The notes under the pieces are model-generated. The model did not search any database, was not told the origin of the DNA, and saw only the letters and a program-made list of their open reading frames with translations. This document shows, one piece after another, positions 1-16,162 of a stretch of DNA of 64,000 bases; position 1 is the stretch's first letter; the number at the start of each line of letters is the position of its first letter. The position numbers and the translations under genes are program-made. This DNA comes from the human T2T-CHM13v2.0 reference genome, Homo sapiens: the NCBI RefSeq assembly GCF_009914755.1, contig NC_060941.1; one strand, 5' to 3'.

Positions 1-566
1 CCTGAGCCACTCCTCACCTCTAACACAAGCCTGGCAGCAGCTCCTGATGAGACCAGGTGAGCCTCAGTGAGCTCAGGCGCCTGCAGATACGGACATTGAG
101 GCTGGCACTGGCCAGAGCTGTGGTGGGCATCACTCCCCACTGCTGCTGAGCAAATGCCCTGAACACACCTGTATCTGGTTCCTCCTTGCCAGGAACTCAT
201 TAAGCTGCCTGGGCCTGTAGTCTCGTGCTCCTCCCGCTCGGCCAGCAGTGCCACCTGGGAGTCTTGTTACCTGCAGGTTCTCACTCAGCAAGCCAGGACA
301 GGGCCCGAGCACTTGCATTTCTAACCAACTCCTGATGATGCAGCTGGTCTACCAGCCACCAGCTGGCTAGCAAGGGTCCAGTCACAGTTTCAGTGAAAGG
401 AAGTTCCATTCATAAACTATAGAATTTCAGATGCCTTCAAGTAGAATCACCTGATGAAATTTAAAAATTATTTCCAAGCTCACCCTAACCCGGAAATAAA
501 GATTATCATCCCAACTAATTTCAGGAAGGGAGGGGCCAGTTTTAACATTTCCATTTCAAATATTAG

Positions 567-1570
<1,004 letters not shown>

Positions 1571-1667
1571 AGAAAAGTGAGTGAAATGACCCAAGACTAC
1601 ACAGTAAGTTACTAGAGAAGGTGGTGGCACCTTAGAAGTATAGAGTTTATGGGAAAAGTTTTAAATT

Positions 1668-1673
1668 TTTAAT
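1668..1673 (-). terminator. EIF4A3: Probable EIF4A3 polyadenylation signal ATTAAA (3'UTR about 1645-1880)
   Basis: ATTAAA variant about 210 nt after the stop, with an upstream UGUA, just before an Alu cluster. Confidence 0.65.
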
Positions 1674-1880
1674 GAAAAAGACTTAGAACAATGTATTATT
1701 TACATGTAAATAAGAAAAGAGAGCAGAATCCCCATATCCTCTTCAAAGGAAGGGAGACGGCAGGCCATTTATGAGAAGAAAGTCCATATAAACCCCATTA
1801 AGTAGAATCTGGATCTAAATACTTCCAAACAGGAGTACACAGCAGGTGAACAGTCTCCCTCATCCCACTGATCTGCTGCT

Positions 1881-1897
1881 TCAGATAAGATCAGCAA
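1881..1897 (-). CDS. EIF4A3: EIF4A3 exon 12 coding part (VADLI*)
   Basis: cag acceptor at 1900-1898; TGA at 1883-1881; total CDS 1236 nt. Confidence 0.97.
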
Positions 1898-1970
1898 CTG
1901 AAAGTGAAGAAAGAAACAGATTAAGGAACAACACAAACAAAATGAAAATTTGTTAACGTAAATTTAACTA

Positions 1971-2390
<420 letters not shown>

Positions 2391-2394
2391 CTAC

Positions 2395-2522
2395 CGTTCA
2401 TCGGCATCTCATCAATCTGAGTGGAATAGTACTGCTCGATATCTCTGAGGATGCGGATGTCGTCATTCTTTACAAAGTTAATGGCCACACCCTTCCGGCC
2501 GTATCGACCTGATCTCCCAATT
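2395..2522 (-). CDS. EIF4A3: EIF4A3 exon 11 ([16 protein letters not shown]...DEMPMN), 128 nt
   Basis: aag acceptor, gtagg donor; motif VI HRIGRSGR across the exon 10/11 junction. Confidence 0.97.
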
Positions 2523-2618
2523 CTTCAGGAATAAAATAATATTACAGTTAGTATATATAACAATCAAGATTTAGTAAATGTGTCACAGAAGTGAAGCCAA
2601 TGAGAGCTTGCACCTTAC

Positions 2619-2726
2619 CTGTGTATGTACAATTCTCTGTTATTAGGGAGATCATAGTTAATGATGAGGGACACCTGAGGGACATCCAACCCCCTGGCCC
2701 AGACATCTGTAGAAATAAGCACTCGG
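2619..2726 (-). CDS. EIF4A3: EIF4A3 exon 10 ([36 protein letters not shown]), 108 nt
   Basis: cag/gtaag boundaries; motif V ARGLD. Confidence 0.98.
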
Positions 2727-3072
2727 CTGCAAAAAGAAAGAGTGTTTGAGGCGATTAAATTACTCATACAAGTGTAAGACTGGACTTGCTTCCATTGCTA
2801 ATTTTAAGGAATCCTGGCTGCAGGTCCAAAATATACGAGATTCTCCTCTCTCAACAGTCTGTCTGCAAACGTGAAGCCTCAGGGACAGCACCAGAAACCC
2901 CTGTGCAGAGGGGCTGTTGGTGGATTTAGTTACTTCGGTCATGTGCTCCATCAGATTAAAAAAATAGACATCTTTTACTAGACTATCTTTAACTTGTTTA
3001 ATCGGTCCTAAACCAATAATTGGGAAAAATACTTCACTTTTGCCTAGCAAAAAATTAAAAACGGTAACTTCA

Positions 3073-3370
<298 letters not shown>

Positions 3371-3781
3371 CACACACAGCACATATGTTAAGCTGACCAC
3401 AAGGTGGGCAAAGAAGGAAGTCTGAATCAAGTTCAAATGAATGAAACCACCCAATCCACGCTTTCTGACCACTGTGGAATTAAACTAATCGAAACGATGA
3501 ACAGAAAACCCCCCTACTTACTGGAAAAGAAGACACACGCTTGTAACCAAGGTGACCAACCTGGCTAGTTAAGGCTAGTTATCACCTCAACCTAAGTATT
3601 ACAGGAGCACAGCGGACCCCTCCTTAACTGGAAGGTTTTCTGCTCACCCAGGGCCTCAGCTTTCAGAGCAGAAGCTTGGCATCCCCCCGGGTGTGGGGCC
3701 TGCACTTAGGCGGTACATATGAAGTGCTTAGACACAGTCTAGCAAACCCTGACCTGCAGAGCCACAGCATAGCAGACCCAC

Positions 3782-3897
3782 CTGGCGCCCGACCGGAACT
3801 CCTTCATGATGGACTCCCGCTCTTTCTGGGGCATGTCTCCATGCATTGAGGATACAGTGAAGTTGGCTTCCCTCATTTTCTCCGTCAGCCAGTCCAC
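3782..3897 (-). CDS. EIF4A3: EIF4A3 exon 9 ([13 protein letters not shown]...EFRSGAS), 116 nt
   Basis: tag/gtggg boundaries; HGDMPQKER. Confidence 0.98.
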
Positions 3898-4537
3898 CTA
3901 CAAATCCAATCAACAGATGCTACTGCAAGCTAGTATACCAAAGCAGAGATGTGCATTCGGGACTTTACCGCATCATTTGCAGAACCAGTATCAATATTCG
4001 TAAGGTAACTGCTCTTAAAACTCAGAATCATCCTAACTGGATGTACAAACTTTTTCCCAGAAAATGTTGGGGTGCACTCACAAAACCCTCTTACTTCATT
4101 TTCTCCATATAATGACTCTATGGGGGGAGGGGGCCAGGTGTGCTCATTCTCATTTGAAATTTGAATTCCAATCTTGTTAGAATGTAGCCCAACTCCTTTC
4201 CTTTCTCAGGAAAGTGGCCGACAGTTCTCAGGTCTGCCTCCACATTACCATCACCTGGGGATCTAAAACTACTCAGGCCTGGGTTCCACCTTCAGCCAAC
4301 GAAATCTGAATCTTTAGGGGTGGCTGATATCGCTGTTCTGTAAATGAAGTTTTAATGGTCACAGCCACGTCTGACCGTTTGCATATTGTCTACAGCTGCT
4401 TTTACAAGAGAACACATACCCTGAAAGCTTAAAATATGGACAAACTGGCCCTTTACTGAAAAATCTTGATTTACGTCATTCAGAGACTCAATCTGCAGTT
4501 TCCCTTCAGCACATGGATGCTGTGCAGTGCCTCTTAC

Positions 4538-4676
4538 CTTTCTTTTGGTGTTGCAGAAGATGACCGCCTGAGTGATGGTCAGTGTGTCGTAGAGGTCACA
4601 CAGAGTGTCAAATTTCCACTCTTCCCTCTCCACTGCCACGAAAAATTGCTTGATGCCTTCCAGAGTCAATTCATCA
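4538..4676 (-). CDS. EIF4A3: EIF4A3 exon 8 ([12 protein letters not shown]...IFCNTKRK), 139 nt
   Basis: cag/gtaag boundaries; motif IV; matches ORF 4352..4693. Confidence 0.98.
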
Positions 4677-4988
4677 CTGAAGGACAAAGACAAATCCTGT
4701 TACATACTCATCCTTCCTTCTAGGACTTGAGGGTGGGCCAAGCCAGGATCCAGGGAGACCCTGGTGGAAAAGGTCACACCGTGATATCTGGTGCAGACCC
4801 AGCAGCCCCAGCCCTGTCCTCCATCCTATCACCACTTCCGTCACACAGGCCTCCATTCTGTATCCTACTTAACATTTCACAATGTGCACCACATGGAATA
4901 CGATTCTAAACGAAACACTGATAAATAAATACAGTCACCTAATTTTTAAATTTAGAATTATTGGTTCAAACCACAATGAGGATTATAA

Positions 4989-5279
<291 letters not shown>

Positions 5280-5418
5280 TAGCCTGAGGTCCGGGTTTTG
5301 ACACGAGCTTCAGCAACACAGCCAGACTCTGGCTATAAAAAGTTTTTGAAATTACGACATAAAATCCTTTATAAATGCGGCCCAGTGTTTTAGTAAACTT
5401 GACAAGAGGGGCTCCTAC

Positions 5419-5560
5419 CGTTTCACCAAGATGCGGATTGGGTCGGTCATGAACTTGTTGGTCATCTCCAGAATCTCGTGTGGCAGCGTGGCACTGATGA
5501 GAACCACCTGTGTGGCTGGAGGCAGGTACCTGTATACATCGTAAATCTGCTCTTTGAAAC
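5419..5560 (-). CDS. EIF4A3: EIF4A3 exon 7 ([15 protein letters not shown]...SAT...ILVKR), 142 nt
   Basis: cag/gtagg boundaries; SAT motif III; matches ORF 5415..5714. Confidence 0.98.
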
Positions 5561-6067
5561 CTGGGACAGGGAGCAAGACAGGTGAGGGATGTTTAGGGCG
5601 GCACACCCAGAAATGGAAGGTGCACGCCCAGTGTTCCCACTGGGTTAGAGGCAGAGTGGTGATAAGGTACGTTTGACAGGAAATCTCATTTTTACAGCAC
5701 CAGGCCACATCCACGCGTTCTCTCCGTCCCTACTCCCCGCCCACCGGAGTGTTATCTGGTTGAGGGAATCTGGTTTCCCTTTGGTGCTTCTTCAATCTGA
5801 AGTGATCTAGGGATCAAGAAACCCACCCCGAGAGTCCTAGATACCAAATAAAAAGCAATAGAGGCTGGCCTGAGTCACCCACAATGAACAAATAAATAAA
5901 ATCAAGGTAGGAATTTTTTGTTCATAATTGCCAAGGCACAATTGTTTTTCCACGATGAAAACACTATTCACATTCAGAACAGTCACTGGCTGTTTCAATT
6001 TTACACTGTGAAAATTTAAGAACTAAGAATTATGTCAGTAGAAGAGTAATTCTTTTGTTGCTCATAC

Positions 6068-6148
6068 CTTTATTCAACATTTCATCAGCTTCATCCAAAA
6101 CCAACATTTTGATAGCACGTGTCCTTAGGCTTCTGCGACGAATCATAT
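6068..6148 (-). CDS. EIF4A3: EIF4A3 exon 6 ([27 protein letters not shown]; DEAD motif II), 81 nt
   Basis: tag/gtatg boundaries; DEAD motif. Confidence 0.98.
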
Positions 6149-6405
6149 CTATAACATGAGATTTTGAAATACTTACGACAAATCACATCTATGAGATTTT
6201 GAAATAATCACACCTGAGGCTCCCAAGAAAGAGCTCATCATTCCACTGGTCTCAGGGTTCCAGAGACCTTCCCTCTACCTCCTGCAAGTGACCCAGGTGC
6301 AAAAGTCTACCGTGCGGCCTACCAAATCGAAAGCTGTCCTGTACCATTTAAGCACTTCTTACAAATACTACCGGCAGCACCATTTTTAGCGACAAAAGTG
6401 CTTAC

Positions 6406-6538
6406 CAAAAACACGCCCTGGAGTGCCCGCGACAACATGCTGTCCGTAATCCAGCTTCCTGATGTCCTCGCCAACATTGGTGCCTCCAATGCAGGCATGG
6501 CACTGGACATTCATGTAGTCACCGAGAGCAAGCAGCCC
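6406..6538 (-). CDS. EIF4A3: EIF4A3 exon 5 ([12 protein letters not shown]...GTPGRVF), 133 nt
   Basis: cag/gtaag boundaries; GG and TPGR motifs. Confidence 0.98.
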
Positions 6539-6709
6539 CTGAAACAAAGCACAGGTTCACGTCCAGGGTGGGAGAGAGAAACATCCACGTTTTCCAAAAA
6601 GAAAGACTGTTTCTCCTCCGAGATGATCACCGATTATTATTTATGCCATTATTATCTCGAAACCACAAAATTCTCCTGCTCTTTTCTCTGACAAAAACAA
6701 GTTAATTTT

Positions 6710-7450
<741 letters not shown>

Positions 7451-7715
7451 AATTTATTTTTATTAAAATTGATTTTTCGCAAAAAATCTACATTTCTAAG
7501 GCTGTAAAAAACTACCGAGAGCACACAAGCCACACCAAAAATGACTTAATACAAACCAGCAATTTATATAATGATTAATGGCAAAATGTTAATCAGGAAG
7601 AAAATTTTGAGGTATCAGAAAACAGGATTGGATTAAATAAATAAGTCGGTGTTTCACAACTAAATCACAAAAGCAGTACTTGTTAATCGGACACCGCTAT
7701 CTTTAGCCATCTCAC

Positions 7716-7778
7716 CTTCTGGATCTGCACAGCCAACTCTCTTGTGGGAGCCAAGATCAAAGCTTGAGTTTCACGAAC
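7716..7778 (-). CDS. EIF4A3: EIF4A3 exon 4 (VRETQALILAPTRELAVQIQK; motif Ia), 63 nt
   Basis: cag/gtgag boundaries; PTRELA motif. Confidence 0.98.
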
Positions 7779-8178
7779 CTGGTGAAATAATTTATCAGAA
7801 AATAGAGAATCCGCAGTATTATCAAAGTGGATTGTAGTAATTCACACTCAGATCTATATGAGAAATACTATCTCATATTAATCATACTTCTCATCTCTTA
7901 CAGGTTAGCAAATATTGTCATTTAAATTGCAAATCCAACAATAACTTAATGTGTCAGCATCCTCGTCTGCAGACAAGAGCTTCCTCTAGTTAAATAGAAA
8001 ATCATGACAGAATATTAGTGCATATATTAGTGTACAACTAAGACTCTGTGTAAAAATTTGCTGAGTCAATACATACTAGAAAATTTTAAATTGTACTTTT
8101 TGAACACTGTAGTTACAGAAGAAAAAGCAAGTATTTCCTAGAATTACATAACAGTTTGTTTTAAGAATGGCAAATTAC

Positions 8179-8245
8179 CTGAATATCCAAACACTGGAGG
8201 ACTGAGATACTGAAGGTGGCTGTTTTTCCTGTGCCGGACTGAGAC
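8179..8245 (-). CDS. EIF4A3: EIF4A3 exon 3 (SQSGTGKTATFSISVLQCLDIQ; Walker A/motif I), 67 nt
   Basis: tag acceptor, gtaat donor; SGTGKT motif. Confidence 0.98.
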
Positions 8246-8649
8246 CTATTCAAGGAAACAAAAGCAGTGGGATTAGAGGGAGGACAGGCCACGCCACAGC
8301 TGCACTCCAAGGCCTGGGCTCCAGAGGCACTTAGGTACCTTCTTCCAGCAAGCCCCCGTACCTAATAACATCTTAACTGCGAGGAGGCAGGACTCGGGCC
8401 CAGTGTCACAGCTTGTTAAGTGTCCATGAAGAAAGAGAGTAGACATGGCTTCTGCACGGGGGCAATGGAGCCACAGACTCTCTAACTTCAAGAGGTGTTT
8501 CATAGGTGTCAGAAAAAGGAGGACTCCCCTTTATCTAAATACAACTCTTTTCCTTCTAGGATTTTGGACTAACTCTCTCTTCCAAAGAAATTTTTGTGTA
8601 AATGAGTCTTTTTTGAAATTAGGCAAATGAGGAATAAAGCTATTAAAAG

Positions 8650-10060
8650 AGGATTTGTGGTGCTAGGAGATATGGCTATATACAAGTTTTCATCCATAGT
8701 TCCTGGCTCACAGCTCCCATAGCCCTTATTACAGTCTTATTAAATTGATGGGTTAGGCCTCAGGAAACAATCTCTCTGACCTTCTGCTCTCCTTTCACCT
8801 GCTCCACAGCAGGGCTCTAATCTTCCCTGCCTTTCAGATTGTGAGTCATAAAGACCCTCATGTCACGGCGTGGTGGCTCAGGCCTGTATTCCCAACACTC
8901 TGGGACGCAGAGGCAGCAGTAATTGAAGCCAGGAATTCGAGACCAGCCTGGGCAATACAGCAAGAGACCCCATTTCTAAACAAAACAAAAAACTAACCAG
9001 GAACGGTGGCACATTCTGGCAGTCCCAGCTACTTGGGAGGTTGAGGCGGGACGATTCCTTAATCCTCGAAGTTAGAGGTTGCAGTGAGCTATGACTGCAC
9101 CACTGCATTCCCGCCTGGGTGACGAAGTGAGGCCCCATATCTTAACAAAAAAAATGTTTAGGCCGGGCACAGTGGCTCACGCCTGTAATCCCAAGGCTTT
9201 GGGAAGCCAAGGCAGACAGATTGCCAGGAGTTTGAGAGCAGCCTGGGCAACACAACAAAACCCTGTCTCTACAGAAAATACAAAAATTAATTGGGCATGG
9301 TGATGTGTGCCTGTAGTCCCAGCTACTTGGGAGGGTGAGGTGGGAGGATCGCTTGAGGCTGCTATGAGCTGTAATCACACGACTGCACTCCAGTCTGGGA
9401 GACAGAGTAAGACCCTGTCTCGAAAAATGTAAAAAATTTAAAATTCAAATTTTTTTTTAAAAAGCATTATGGTATTATCCCAGAAAAGCTCCTGCCCTAT
9501 TCCCTTATGGGGGAAAGAATGCTGACCTCATGGAATTTTCCATAAAAACCCAAGAGGACTGGGTTCGAAGAGCTTCTAGATGGCTGAACACAGACAGTGG
9601 AACACAAGGAGGTTCCGGGAGGTGACCACCCGCCCCTTGGAGGCTGCACCCCTCCCCCCATATCTGTATCCTCTGCAGTACCCTTTATAATAAACCACTA
9701 AATGTGTTTCCCTGAGTTCTTTGAGCTGCTGTTCCAGCAAATTAATCCAACCTAAAGAGGGGATCCTGGGAACCCAACTTGAAGCTGCTTGGTCAGAAGT
9801 TCTAGAGATCCGAACTTATAACTGGTGTCTGAAAAGAGGGTAGTCATGGGGACTGAGCCGTCAACCTGCAGGATATGGCCTATCTCCAGGCAGGTGGTGT
9901 GAGTTGAACTGGAGGACACCCAGCTGGAAAAGCCCCACACCTCTGCTCACAGAAGTCTTCTTCTGTGCTGATGACTGTTGTGGTGGTGTGAGAGCAGAGG
10001 AAAAGCACAGTCTGTTTTTCCGAAATTGTGTTATATACAATTCCACATGCCAGCAAACCA
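8650..10060 (+). mobile_element. MER21-family LTR interrupted by two Alus (about 8868-9430), EIF4A3 intron 2
   Basis: MER21-like blocks aataaacc..tgtttccctgagttct, ggaggacacccagctgg and cacagaagtcttc. Confidence 0.7.
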
Positions 10061-10134
10061 CTAAGCAAAGCTGGCTAAGAAAATGAAAGCCTTGGCCGGG
10101 CGCAGTAACTCATGCCTGAAATCCCAGCACTTTA

Positions 10135-10491
<357 letters not shown>

Positions 10492-10567
10492 TCATCCCAG
10501 AGCATCTAACTGCACTGCGCTGCCCAAATTTACATCCAGCCCTGCGCCGCACCCCAGGACAACTTAC

Positions 10568-10640
10568 TGTGCGATGACATCTCTCCCTTTGATGATCTGC
10601 TTGATTGCTCGTTGCTGGATTGCTGATGGTTTTTCAAAAC
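10568..10640 (-). CDS. EIF4A3: EIF4A3 exon 2 (GFEKPSAIQQRAIKQIIKGRDVIAQ; Q-motif), 73 nt
   Basis: cag acceptor, gtaag donor, phase-consistent; DEAD-box Q motif. Confidence 0.98.
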
Positions 10641-11698
10641 CTGCAAATAAAAACAAAAAATTAGCCCTCACCACAATGACAGCATAGAAACCCTGTACTG
10701 TGAGCTCCTCAGGGGCAGACATGGTTTGTTTTTTGAACCTGTCCTCCAGCCTAACCCAGTGTTCAACATAGCAAGCTCTCAAAACCCAGGGGCTCAATGA
10801 ATTGGGCTGAGTGATTTCTACACTAACGTGGGATATTATTTGTAAAGACCAATCTCTATTTTAAAAAAACCACCAAATTGTAGAATATAGACAACAGTTT
10901 TGTTTAAAAAAAAAAAAAAATCTGGGTGTGCAGCATCTGGAAGTGTAAGTGCCAAAATGTTCCTGGCAGTTACTGCAGTAGAGGGGTGGAAAGAAACTTA
11001 CTTTTTACTCTAATTACTCCCTTAGGTTTGACTGGATTACAAACAACCTATACTACTTTTTAAATTAAAAAAAAAAAACAACAAAAAAACAGGAAAGTCA
11101 CTCTAGCCATTGTTCTCTCCTACTAGCTAGCATTAAGTCTGTGTGTTGCTGACAGGTCTACAACTCCGTTTAACCTGCGTGGGTCACGCTGCAGGGTGTC
11201 CTATGTTGTTCTGTCTGGATGCAGCTCACTAACTACAACACCATCACACCATCTCTCTTGCAAAGCAACTACTACACCAAAGGGTGAGGCTATTTTGAAG
11301 AAGAACCACGTGTTTTTCAAGTAAATAAAATTTTATGTACAAAAACTCTATTTCAATTATTTTTTGGTAGTCTCTTAAATGTAGCTCTGCTCAGTTCTGG
11401 GGCATAGCGAAAAATAAGAAACAAAAGAAAATGTAGCACAATTTCCCATCTTAACACAAATGCAAATATAGCAGATGATTTAAACTCTTCATGAAGAGCA
11501 AGCACATAGATGGGAAACTAACAACAGTGTCTTAGGGCAGGGACTGCCTGAGTGCCAGGAAACCAGGTGGGGCTGTCAGCCTCACTGTGAGGCTGCCTGA
11601 GATGCTTTTTCACCACGCATCCTCAGCAACTTCGCTTCACTTTGTCCAAACTGTTGTGGCATCAAGAACTACAGGATACGGCCAGGTGGGGTGGCTCA

Positions 11699-11989
<291 letters not shown>

Positions 11990-12169
11990 CTACAGGATAA
12001 AAAATGTCCCTGTCCCAAGCATTAAACACAGGCCATTTATCCCAGATGCTGGTCATTCCCATCTATGTGCCCAACCCAACCTCTTCTCCAGGCTCTCCCT
12101 CAACTTCCTCACATCTTTCAAACATACCAAGAGACAGCTCCTGATTCTGACTCTCTGGAGTGCTGCCTA

Positions 12170-12800
12170 CCTAGCCAAATGTTTGCAGCATCAACCACCG
12201 GTTACTCAAAACACTCCAACTCTCCTTCTGTCACTCACGTTCAATCCATCAGCCAATGCTGTCAGCTCCCTGGTACTCCATCTCCAAGGCAGCACAATCC
12301 TCTCTTCCCTGAACTGCAGCAAAAGCTCCCAACTCTCTTGTTTCCTCTCCTGCCTTGCCTCGCCTCACCTCAAATCTACAGACACCCAGAAGAATCTTTA
12401 AAACTGTAAATGTGATCGTGTCACATAGCTACTTAAAACCTTCCACTGGCTTCCCACTAGATTTCTAAATGAAATTCAAATTATTCGTCACCCTACACGT
12501 CTTTGCTAGATCTGCCCCGACTAGCTCTCCAAAATCCCACCACAGGGGACTTCTTTCAGTTCCTGGAATGCAGCTGGCTAAGGGCTGCAAGGCCCTGGCA
12601 CCAGCTGTTCCTTCTGCCCCAACTGCTCTTCCCTCTTCTCATTAACAGTCTCCTTCATCCAGAACTCTGCTCAAATGGCACCCCCTCCTGCGAACCCCCT
12701 TACCTCTCTGCTTTACTAATTCTCTCCTCCTTCCCAGTCCCACTCTATTCAATTACCCCGCTTCAGGTTCTTCAGGTTGCCTGGGCAACCTGACAGTATG
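12170..12800 (+). mobile_element. Degenerate L2 fragment in EIF4A3 intron 1
   Basis: L2-like pyrimidine-rich blocks (aaactgtaaatgtgatcgtgtcac..aaaaccttccactggcttccca). Confidence 0.55.
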
Positions 12801-13187
12801 CTTTCCCCCCAAACGAAATTCAAAACCCGTAAAGGCGCAAACCCTTCCGGTTTACCGCCAAAACCCCAGTACCTAGAAAAGCTAATAGGTAGAAATCAGT
12901 TATCTGCTGAATGAACGACGCTGAGGTGCCTCGAAGCGGCTGCAGCCCCCGACAGACCCAGCGCCGAGCTCTGCACGGGGGACACACACCGAAAGCGCCG
13001 ACACAGCCAGGCGTGAGGGCGAGGACGGGGGTGGGGGTGGGGGTCGGACGTCACTGGCCCCCGAGCCTCGACCCTGACCACGACCTCCGGAGCGCAGGGC
13101 CGGCCCGGGAGTCACCAGTCTGGCCCTCAGCCCCCGGCTCGCCCCCGACTCGCCCCCGGCTGGCCCCCGCGGCCCGCGCCCGCTCAC

Positions 13188-13356
13188 CGTAAGCGTAGAT
13201 GCCCCGCAGCAGGTCCTCCCGCAGGCCCATGGTGTCGAACGTGGGGGTCACATCCACCTCCTCGCTGGTCTCGAATTCCACTTTAGTCATGTCTTCCTCT
13301 TTGAGCAGCCGCTTTCGCGCCGAGCCCGAGGTCGCCATCGTGGCCGTGGTCGCCAT
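13188..13356 (-). CDS. EIF4A3: EIF4A3 coding exon 1 ([22 protein letters not shown]...GIYAY/G), 169 nt
   Basis: Translation matches the eIF4A-III N-terminus; ATG at 13356; donor G|gtgag at 13188/13187. Confidence 0.99.
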
Positions 13357-13398
13357 GATTCAGAGTCCGCGGAAGAGCACAGCGCGCGCCGCTGCCGA

Positions 13399-13534
13399 CC
13401 TCGCTGCCGCTGCCGACCTCGCTGTGCCGCTGCCGACCTCGCTGCCGCTGCCGACCTCGCTGTGCCGCTGCCGACCTCGCTGTGCCGCTGCCGACCTCGC
13501 TGTGCCGCTGCCGACCTCGCTGTGCCGCTGCCGA
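13399..13534 (-). repeat. EIF4A3: EIF4A3 5'UTR 18/20-nt tandem repeat, 7 full units (mRNA order 20,20,20,20,18,20,18)
   Basis: Units TCGGCAGCGGCACAGCGAGG and TCGGCAGCGGCAGCGAGG counted directly; known RCPS repeat locus. Confidence 0.97.
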
Positions 13535-14169
13535 GAACAGACGCCTTAAGTATGCGAAAGCGAGAGACGTGCGTGCGTACGTGCGTACGTGCGTACGCGC
13601 GACGCGGCCACGCCTCTGGGGGACGGGGCACTCTTCGTCACGTGAAAGGGAACTGGGCGTTTGCCGCAGGGAAAAGTAAGGTGTTTCTGCTCTCGCGCCA
13701 TATGCAGTTCCCGCGGGATCTCGTTGAGGGCGGGGCACCCAGTTCCTTACGAAAGGGATGGAGGGTGTGGTACTTCTAAAGTTGGCGGTGTTTCGTACCG
13801 GCCGCGGGATTTCGCGGACTGGGGCGCTGAGGTTCTTTGAGCGGCGTGTGGACCTGAATTCCCTGGAAACAGGCTGGGGCCGCGAGGGGCCTCCGCTCCG
13901 GGCGGGGTCCCCAGATAGCCCCGCCTCGAATAAAAATGACGAGCACGGGTCCTCTCTCGGGCCCGCAGTGGGTGGACTGCGTCGCAGACCCGTAGTGGAG
14001 GCGCCCAGCTCGCCGGGGAGATTCGAGTGGAAACCCTCACGGCCGCCGGTGGTGGGCCCCGGCGCGGCGCTGGGCTCCGGCGGGTCTGCGCTGGGGAGGG
14101 CCAGGGCCCCTGAAGCCGGCGTCCCTCTTAGGGGACGCGCCTGGGTGTGTCTTCACCGTTTGCCTGGTG

Positions 14170-16162
<1,993 letters not shown>

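Noticed and set aside
13283-13779. Repetitive Arg/Ala-rich ORFs across the EIF4A3 5'UTR repeat
   Set aside because: They arise from a stop-free GC-rich repeat, with starts upstream of the probable TSS or antisense; no support for translation.
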